Below are positions 57,287 to 64,000 of a DNA stretch of 64,000 nucleotides, piece by piece. Under the pieces are notes generated by a model, which was given only the letters and a program-made list of their open reading frames with translations, did no database searches and had not been told where the DNA came from. The DNA is from Roseomonas sp. (GTDB taxonomy: Bacteria > Pseudomonadota > Alphaproteobacteria > Acetobacterales > Acetobacteraceae), in assembly GCA_051860065.1 (NCBI GenBank), contig JBHYEQ010000002.1:277773-341772 (forward strand), written 5' to 3'. Made by a program: the position numbers and the translations under genes. How positions within the stretch are numbered: position 1 is the stretch's first letter; each line of letters opens with the position of its first letter.

Positions 57287-58542
57287 GCCGCCATCCTCCC
57301 GCGCTGCGCGGCGTGCGGGTCCGACAGCGTCGAGACCAGTTCGCGCAGGCTGTTCAGGTTATGCACCGGGCGGAAGTCGTCCACATGGGGCAGCATCGCC
57401 CGGATGCCCTGGGATTTGGGCTGGAAGCCGTCGAACCGCAACAGGGGATTGAGCCAGATGAGCCGCCGGCAGGACCCACGCAGGCGTTCCGTGGCTTCCG
57501 CGAGGCCCTTGGCACCTTCCCGGTCCAGGCCATCGGTGATGAGCAGCACCACCGCGCCCTGGCCCAGCACGCGCCGTGCCCACAACCGGTTGAACAGCGC
57601 AATGGATTCGCCGATGCGCGTGCCGCCCGACCAGTCGGGCACGATGGAGCCGATCATCTCGAACGCCACTTCCGGGTCGCGATGCTTCAACTGTCGCGTG
57701 ACGTTGGTCAGCCGCGTGCCGAACAGGAAGGTCTGCACGCGGTCGCGGTCGTTCGCCACCGCATGGAGGAAATGCAGCAGGATCTGCGCGTAGCGCGACA
57801 TGCTGCCGCTGATGTCGCACAGCGCGACCAGCGGCGGCGGACGCATGACGCGGCGGCGCCGGGCGATGTCCAGGATCTCGCCGCCGGTGCGCAGCGACTG
57901 GCGCACCGTGGCCCGCAAATCGGTGACGGGGCCGAAGGGGTCGGGGCGGAAGCGGCGGGTGCGCTGTTCGTCCAGCGGCAGCGCCAGGCGGCGGATCTCC
58001 TGCTTGGCGCGGGCGATGTCCTCGGCCGACATCGCCTCGAAATCCATCTGCTGGAGGCGTTCGCGCTCGCTGACCGTGAAGGTCATGTCGTGGCGCGGCG
58101 GGGGCGGTTCGGGCGGCTTGGGCTTGGGGGCGTTGTGCTGCATGGCCTCGGCCAGGCGGCGCGACGCCGGGGGCGGCTTCTCGTCCTTGGGCTTGTTGCC
58201 GTCCAGTAGCGCCATGGCAGCGGCGTGGGCGGCGGCCTCGGGGTCGCGCCAGAACAGCTGGAAGGCCTGGTCGAAAATTTCGAAGTGCTCGCGCCGGTGG
58301 ACCATCACGGCGCGCAGCGCGGCATGGACCTGGCGGCGGTCGGCCAGGTCGATCTCGGCCAGGGCCTGCAGGCCGGCGATCGCCTCGCCCGGGCCGAGCG
58401 GCAGGCCGGTGCGCCGCAGCAGCCGGGTGAAGGCGAGGAGGTTGGAGGCCAGGTGCCCGCCGGGCGCCATGGCGGCGCCGGCAGCGCGCGCCTGGGCGGC
58501 GCCGATGATGCGCGCGGCGTCGCGGTCAGGCGTCAGCGCCAT
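57283..58542 (-). CDS. coxE: VWA domain protein, CoxE family
   Basis: MIDAS motif DISGSMSRY, FGTRLTNVT, DWSGGTRIG, LIWLNPLL; start may be 58470. Confidence 0.88.
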   Translation of the reverse strand: MALTPDRDAARIIGAAQARAAGAAMAPGGHLASNLLAFTRLLRRTGLPLGPGEAIAGLQALAEIDLADRRQVHAALRAVMVHRREHFEIFDQAFQLFWRDPEAAAHAAAMALLDGNKPKDEKPPPASRRLAEAMQHNAPKPKPPEPPPPRHDMTFTVSERERLQQMDFEAMSAEDIARAKQEIRRLALPLDEQRTRRFRPDPFGPVTDLRATVRQSLRTGGEILDIARRRRVMRPPPLVALCDISGSMSRYAQILLHFLHAVANDRDRVQTFLFGTRLTNVTRQLKHRDPEVAFEMIGSIVPDWSGGTRIGESIALFNRLWARRVLGQGAVVLLITDGLDREGAKGLAEATERLRGSCRRLIWLNPLLRFDGFQPKSQGIRAMLPHVDDFRPVHNLNSLRELVSTLSDPHAAQRGRMAA

Positions 58543-58558
58543 GACGCGCGCCGGGGTG

Positions 58559-59521
58559 TCATCCCGCGGCCTCCGCCAGCAGGCGGGCGGCCTCGGCGCC
58601 GCGCAGCTTGGCGATGTCGTCCTGGTATTTCAGCAGCACGCCCAGCGTTTCGTCGACCGCGCCGGGTTCCAGTTCCTTCGCGTCCAGTGCGGCCAGCGCC
58701 TGCGCCCAGTCGATGGTCTCGGCCACGCCGGGCAGCTTGAAGTAGTCGCCCTCGCGGACCTTCTGCACGAAGGCGACGATCTGCGCGGACAGCGTCTCCG
58801 GCAGGCCGGGTGCGCGCATCTTCAGGATGGCGCGTTCGCGCGCGGCGTCGGGGTAGTCCACCCAGTGGTACAGGCAGCGGCGGCGCACCGCGTCATGGAC
58901 CTCCCGCGTGCGGTTGGACGTGATGATCACCACCGGCGGCGTCACGGCGCGGATGGTACCGAGTTCGGGAATGGTCACCTGGAAATCGGCCAGGATCTCC
59001 AACAGGAAGGCCTCGAAGGGTTCGTCGGCGCGGTCGAGCTCGTCGATCAGCAGGACGGCGGGTTCGCCCTCCAGCGCCTGCAGCAGGGGGCGGGGTTGCA
59101 GGAAGCGGCGGTCGTAGATGCCGCGCTCCAGCGCGTCGCGGTCGGTCTCGCCGGCGGCTTCGGCCAGGCGGATGGCCATCAGTTGCTTCGCGTGGTTCCA
59201 CTCATAGGCTGCGGCGGACAGGTCCAGCCCATCGTAGCATTGCAGCCGCACCAGGTGGCGCGGCAGTTGCGCGGCGAGCACCTTGGCGATCTCGGTCTTG
59301 CCGGTGCCGGGCTCGCCTTCGAGGAACAGCGGGCGGCCCATGCGAAGCGCCAGGTGGATGGTGGTGGCCAGCGCGCGGTCGGCGACGTAGCCGCCCGCGG
59401 CCAGCAGCGCCTGGGTCTCCTCGACGCTTTGTGGGGCCGGCCGATTCAGACCTCCGCGCCCTTCAGCGCTGCGGTCATAGGACGCCCGGTTCTCCTGCGG
59501 CGTGACCTCAGGGCCGCTCAC
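58559..59521 (-). CDS. coxD: MoxR-type AAA+ ATPase, CoxD family
   Basis: EGEPGTGKT, LQCYDGLD, LLIDELDRAD, TSNRTREVHDA; start placed at the GTGA overlap with the coxG stop (uncertain). Confidence 0.88.
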   Translation of the reverse strand: MSGPEVTPQENRASYDRSAEGRGGLNRPAPQSVEETQALLAAGGYVADRALATTIHLALRMGRPLFLEGEPGTGKTEIAKVLAAQLPRHLVRLQCYDGLDLSAAAYEWNHAKQLMAIRLAEAAGETDRDALERGIYDRRFLQPRPLLQALEGEPAVLLIDELDRADEPFEAFLLEILADFQVTIPELGTIRAVTPPVVIITSNRTREVHDAVRRRCLYHWVDYPDAARERAILKMRAPGLPETLSAQIVAFVQKVREGDYFKLPGVAETIDWAQALAALDAKELEPGAVDETLGVLLKYQDDIAKLRGAEAARLLAEAAG

Positions 59522-60147
59522 AGGAACATCAGCGCCAGGATCACCAGCCAAATCGCTCCGCCCGCCCAGGCCAGCAGTGGAATGCCCATCGGCGCTTCCG
59601 GCAGCAGGTCCAGGATGGAGATGCCGGCCGGCGCGGTGATCGGCGCGCGGGGGGCCGGCGCGGCCGCGGCGGCGGCGGTCGGCGCGGCGTCCTCGACCGG
59701 CGCAGGCGGTGTCAGCGCCGCGGCGAAGCGGTCGAAGAACTGGTCGGACATCTGCTTGGCCGTGCTGTCGATCAGCCGCGCGCCGAGCTGTGCCATCTTG
59801 CCGCCGACCTGCGCCTTGACGGTGTAGCGCAGCAGCGTCTCCTCGGGGCCGAGTTCCTCCAGCGCGACATCGGCGCCGCCCTTGGCGAAGCCCATCGCGC
59901 CGCCATTGCCCTCGCCAACGATGGTGTAGGAGACCGGGGCGTTGATGTTCTCGAGCTTCACCTTGGCGCCGAACTTCGCGGCCATGGGGCCGATCTTGAG
60001 CGCCAGCTTCGCCTCGAAGGCGTCATCGGCGGTGCGCGTGACGGATTCGCAGCCGGGGATGGCGGCACGCAGCATCTCGGGGTCGTTCAGCGCATCCCAG
60101 ACCCGCTGGCGGGCGGCGGGGATGCGGCGCTCACCGCTCATGTCCAT
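59518..60147 (-). CDS. coxG: CoxG (SRPBCC/START fold) protein with a C-terminal membrane anchor
   Basis: VWDALNDPE.L..AIPGCES, GGKMAQLGARLID. Confidence 0.9.
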   Translation of the reverse strand: MDMSGERRIPAARQRVWDALNDPEMLRAAIPGCESVTRTADDAFEAKLALKIGPMAAKFGAKVKLENINAPVSYTIVGEGNGGAMGFAKGGADVALEELGPEETLLRYTVKAQVGGKMAQLGARLIDSTAKQMSDQFFDRFAAALTPPAPVEDAAPTAAAAAAPAPRAPITAPAGISILDLLPEAPMGIPLLAWAGGAIWLVILALMFL

Positions 60148-60292
60148 TCGCTGTCACTCCTGTTCGGGGGGCAAACTAGGGCCGGGGGGCCGGGGGGAAA
60201 AGGGGGCCGCCCCCTTGTGGCCGCCGCGATGATCCTGCAAGGCAGCGGGACGCCGGATGCCGAGCCGGCCGCCACCGGAGAGCCCAGACAGC

Positions 60293-61702
60293 ATGCGCCT
60301 GCGCCGCCCCCTTGCCGCGACCGCCCTGGCCCTGGCGTTGGCGGCGGCGGCGCGACCGGCGGCGGCGGCGGGCGTGTCGGGAGCGGACCTGTCGCTGGCC
60401 TGGGGCATTCCCTTCGTCGGGCTGCTGCTGTCGATCGCCATCATGCCGCTGCTGGCGGGGCATCTGTGGCACCATCACTACGGCAAGATCGCCGCCGGCT
60501 GGGGGGCGCTGCTGGTCATTCCGTTTGCCATCGCCTTCGGCCCGCAGGTCGCGGCCGGCGAGGTCTGGCACATCGTCCTGCAGGAATACATCCCGTTCAT
60601 CGCGCTCCTGCTGGCGCTGTACGTGACGGGCGGCGGGGTGCTGCTGAAGGGGTCGCTGGTGGGCACGCCGGCGACCAATACCGCGCTGCTGGCGTTTGGC
60701 ACCGTCATCGCGTCGCTGATGGGGACCACCGGCGCGTCGATGCTGCTGATCCGGCCGGTGCTGCGCGCGAACGCGTTCCGCAAGCGCAAGACGCATACCT
60801 TCGTGTTCTTCATCTTCCTGGTCAGCAACATCGGCGGGTCGCTGACGCCGCTGGGCGATCCGCCGCTGTACCTGGGCTTCCTGAAGGGCGTGTCGTTCTT
60901 CTGGACGACCACGCACCTGTTCTGGGAATTCCTGGCCTGCGCGGCGGTCCTGCTGGCGGTCTACTACGTGCTGGATAGCCTCGCCTGGGCGCGGGAGAAG
61001 CCGGTGCCGCCCGATACCGGCGCGCGCGAACCGCTGCGCGTCGAAGGCCTGGTGAACCTGGCGCTGATCGGCGTGGTGGTCGCGATGGTGCTGGTGCAGG
61101 GCTATTGGCGCCCCGGCTCCGCACATCTGCTGGGCGAGACCATCGGCATCGAGCGGCTGGTGGGTGTGGCGGTCTTCGTCGCCATCGCCTGGCTGTCGAT
61201 GCGGCTGACCACGCTGGACCTGCGCGAGGCGAATGGCTTCGCCTGGGGTGCGATCGCCGAGGTGGCCAAGCTGTTCGCCGCAATTTTCGTGACCATGGCG
61301 CCGGTGCTGGCCATCCTGCGCGCGGGGCTGGCCGGCGCGGCGGCGCCGCTGGTCTCGCTGACGACGGATGCGGCGGGGCAGCCGATCCCGTGGGTGTATT
61401 TCTGGCTGACCGGCCTGCTGTCGTCCTTCCTAGACAATGCGCCGACCTACCTGGTGTTCTTCAACCTGGCGGGCGGCGAGCCGGGATACCTGATGACGCA
61501 GGGCGCGCTGACGCTGGCGGCGATCTCGACCGGCGCGGTGTTCATGGGGGCCAATTCGTATATCGGCAACGCGCCCAACTTCATGGTCAAGGCGATCGTC
61601 GAGGAGAATGGCGAGCGCATGCCGTCCTTCTTCGGCTATTGCGCCTGGGCGCTGGTGTTCCTGGTGCCGTTGTTCGTGCTGGTGACGCTGCTGTTCTTCT
61701 AA
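60293..61702 (+). CDS. putative Na+/H+ antiporter (ion transporter superfamily)
   Basis: GTTGASMLLIRP, SNIGGSLTPLGDPPL, SSFLDNAPTY, SYIGNAPNFMVK. Confidence 0.85.
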   Translation: MRLRRPLAATALALALAAAARPAAAAGVSGADLSLAWGIPFVGLLLSIAIMPLLAGHLWHHHYGKIAAGWGALLVIPFAIAFGPQVAAGEVWHIVLQEYIPFIALLLALYVTGGGVLLKGSLVGTPATNTALLAFGTVIASLMGTTGASMLLIRPVLRANAFRKRKTHTFVFFIFLVSNIGGSLTPLGDPPLYLGFLKGVSFFWTTTHLFWEFLACAAVLLAVYYVLDSLAWAREKPVPPDTGAREPLRVEGLVNLALIGVVVAMVLVQGYWRPGSAHLLGETIGIERLVGVAVFVAIAWLSMRLTTLDLREANGFAWGAIAEVAKLFAAIFVTMAPVLAILRAGLAGAAAPLVSLTTDAAGQPIPWVYFWLTGLLSSFLDNAPTYLVFFNLAGGEPGYLMTQGALTLAAISTGAVFMGANSYIGNAPNFMVKAIVEENGERMPSFFGYCAWALVFLVPLFVLVTLLFF

Positions 61703-61751
61703 GGCGGCGCGGGCTGGACTATAGGCAGGGCTTGCCGCTGGAGAGCCCCGC

Positions 61752-62672
61752 ATGCCCTACGTGATCGCCGACGACCTGCCCGATGAGCCCGCCGGGCTTC
61801 GCTTCCGCCGCATGCTGGATGGCCCCGGCATCGTGCAGATGCCCGGCGCGCATCTGGGGATCTCGGCGTTGCTGGCGAAGAAGGCGGGGTTCGAGGCGCT
61901 GTACATGTCGGGTGCCGCGATGTCCGCCACCATGGGCCTGCCGGACCTCGGCATGATCACGGTGGACGACGTGGCCTGGCATATCCGCCAGGTGGTGCGC
62001 GCCTCGGGCCTGCCCGTGCTGGTCGATGGCGACACCGGCTATGGCGAGGCGCTGAACGTCATGCACATGGTCCGCTGCTTCGAGGAAGCCGGGGCAGGGG
62101 CGGTGCATCTGGAAGACCAGCTGCTGCCCAAGAAGTGCGGGCACCTGAACGACAAGAAGCTCGCCTCCGCCGAGGACATGGCGGCGAAGGTGGCGGCGGC
62201 GCGCAAGGCACGCCGGCACCTCGTGATCATCGCGCGCACCGATGCGGCGGCCAGCGAGGGCATGGACGGTGCCGTGGCGCGCGCGCGGATGTACCTCGAT
62301 GCCGGCGCGGATGCGATCTTCCCCGAGGCGCTGACCACGCGCGAAATGTTCGAGGAATTCGCGCGTCGCATGCCCGGCGTGAAGCTGCTGGCGAACATGA
62401 CCGAGTTCGGCCGCACGCCCTTCTTCACTGCCGCCGAGTTCGAGGCGATGGGCTACGCCATGGTGATCTGGCCGGTGAGCCACCTGCGCGTCGCCGCACG
62501 CGGCATGGAGGAATTGTACGCCGCGATCAGGCGCGACGGTGGCACGCAGAACATGGTCGGGCGCATGCAGACCCGCGCGCAGCTTTACGACACGATCGGC
62601 TACCACGACTACGAGGCGCTGGATGCCAGCCTGATCCGCACGGTGGTGCCGGAAGGGATGCCGCAAGCCTAG
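61752..62672 (+). CDS. prpB: 2-methylisocitrate lyase
   Basis: DGDTGYGE, catalytic EDQLLPKKCGH, IIARTDA, ANMTEFGRTP. Confidence 0.92.
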   Translation: MPYVIADDLPDEPAGLRFRRMLDGPGIVQMPGAHLGISALLAKKAGFEALYMSGAAMSATMGLPDLGMITVDDVAWHIRQVVRASGLPVLVDGDTGYGEALNVMHMVRCFEEAGAGAVHLEDQLLPKKCGHLNDKKLASAEDMAAKVAAARKARRHLVIIARTDAAASEGMDGAVARARMYLDAGADAIFPEALTTREMFEEFARRMPGVKLLANMTEFGRTPFFTAAEFEAMGYAMVIWPVSHLRVAARGMEELYAAIRRDGGTQNMVGRMQTRAQLYDTIGYHDYEALDASLIRTVVPEGMPQA

Positions 62673-62772
62673 CGACACTGAGCTTGCGCCTGTCGGGAGC
62701 TTTCTATGGCGCAAGGCTCCTGCAATGCCTGTGCGCGGCCAATTTCGCTCGGCGCGCGGCAGGCAGCGAGGA

Positions 62773-63540
62773 TTATCCGGCGCCGCAGTTGACCGTAATG
62801 GGCGGTAGATTTTCAAAAAACAGAATTTCTTCCGCGTTGAGCATGCGCAGTCGCTCAAGCGCGAGAGGAAAGTCAGTTTGCTCTTTAGCTGAAAGAATTC
62901 CCTCAGGTTGACTTTTCGAGTTTAAGTGAAGGAGCTTTGATCTATTCTTTTGTTTTGAAACAACCTCAACTGCTTCTATAAATTCTATCAAATTGTGATA
63001 TTTTCCAACTATATAATTTCGTTCACGAATTAATTTTTTTGCAAGGTTAGAATTTTCTGTTCCAAATAGCGTCCGCAATTGGGCGTTCTTACAATGATTG
63101 AAAAATCGCGTGCCCTCTTTTGTAGCATCCAGAAGATTCATTTTTCTTAGTGCTTCATTCTGAGGATGATCCTCACGGTACCGCATGTAGTCATATAAAG
63201 AAACAATTCGATCAACTGGATCGCGCAATATTCCCATAATTATTCTTCTTCGGGGCGCACTTTGAACGAGTGGGTGGTTATACCCGTAGTGGCCTAAAAC
63301 TAGGCGAATAGAGTCATAGAAATTCGGATTTTTTTCCAAGAAACTTCTAAAGTTCTTGTCACCTCCGATTGCGTTAGCGACTTCATGATGAAAAATATAA
63401 TTCGTCTTGAACATTCTCGCAAGCATAGCGTTTATTGTGCTGCCTGCCGTTTTTTGAATATGTAGAAAAAAATAAATCGGCAATTCTTGAGTGCGCAAGT
63501 CGTTGGATAGACCACTGCCGGGCGGGGTCGCTACGTGCAT
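62773..63540 (-). CDS. sulfotransferase family 2-like protein (AT-rich)
   Basis: 5'-PSB motif FLHIQKTAGST and 3'-PB motif LRDPVDRIVSLY; start uncertain. Confidence 0.8.
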   Translation of the reverse strand: MHVATPPGSGLSNDLRTQELPIYFFLHIQKTAGSTINAMLARMFKTNYIFHHEVANAIGGDKNFRSFLEKNPNFYDSIRLVLGHYGYNHPLVQSAPRRRIIMGILRDPVDRIVSLYDYMRYREDHPQNEALRKMNLLDATKEGTRFFNHCKNAQLRTLFGTENSNLAKKLIRERNYIVGKYHNLIEFIEAVEVVSKQKNRSKLLHLNSKSQPEGILSAKEQTDFPLALERLRMLNAEEILFFENLPPITVNCGAG

Positions 63541-64000
63541 GTTTGTCTCGCTGCCTAAAGTCATTCGTCGGCGATCGTGCCGAACGTGCCTTGGAGAGGT
63601 GATCGTAGCGACCATGCGGTGACTGCCGCAACGGCGCCGCCGTTCCAATGCCGCACATATCGGATCGGATCTGAGAAGGCACATCGGCGCAGTAGATAGC
63701 CGCGGCCATAGTGCCACGAACATTCGAGGCAACCCCGCTATCACTTATGACTTTTTTTTGGAAATGTATCGGCAGGTGATTTCTCTCAAATAGAAGAGTA
63801 AATTTTCTGCGAAACGGCATTTTAATCAGTATCCCGCACACTTTCTGGGTTGGCACACGCCCTTGGAGAGTCCTGGGATGCAGAAATATCTCTCAATGCT
63901 AATAGCATCTGGAGCTATACTCCTCTTTGCATCGGCCGGATCGCGCGCCTTCGGGGAAGGTGCACCTGTAGAAGGATTCTATATATCTGGATTTGCAGGT
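62800..64000. other. low-GC region, probably horizontally acquired; continues past the window end
   Basis: hand counts: 16/60 G+C at 62941-63000 versus 44/60 at 62221-62280. Confidence 0.8.
63878..64000 (+). CDS. N-terminus of a probable outer-membrane beta-barrel protein (partial)
   Basis: GGAGAG RBS, signal peptide MQKYLSMLIASGAILLFASAGSRA, then EGFYISGFAG first-strand-like motif. Confidence 0.55.
   Translation, partial: MQKYLSMLIASGAILLFASAGSRAFGEGAPVEGFYISGFAG

Overview
A GC-rich chromosomal segment, most likely from an alphaproteobacterium of the Acetobacteraceae (Roseomonas-like); this assignment is inferred from gene content and style. It carries mostly metabolic and transport genes: a sulfite dehydrogenase-type Mo enzyme with cytochrome c, nnr, malonyl-CoA decarboxylase, phaZ, an AceE/transketolase-like enzyme, a Phd-VapC toxin-antitoxin pair, tRNA-Leu(TAG)-tig, a HAAT ABC operon with five tandem binding proteins plus an NtaA/DszA-type monooxygenase, ppk2, Lrp-hppD, a peptide ABC operon, two Bug/TctC receptors, a coxG-D-E-xdhC-mocA molybdoenzyme maturation cluster, and prpB. 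An AT-rich island begins at about 62.8 kb. No integrase, transposase or CRISPR array was seen. The most unusual signals are four. (1) Trigger factor carries a ~170-aa foreign beta-rich domain inside its FKBP domain. (2) A ~142-bp multi-hairpin tandem repeat shows compensatory base changes. (3) Two tandem tiny proteins share a Tat-like signal and a 4-Cys pattern. (4) Five paralogous binding proteins serve one ABC transporter. All family calls come from motif recognition only; no searches were run.
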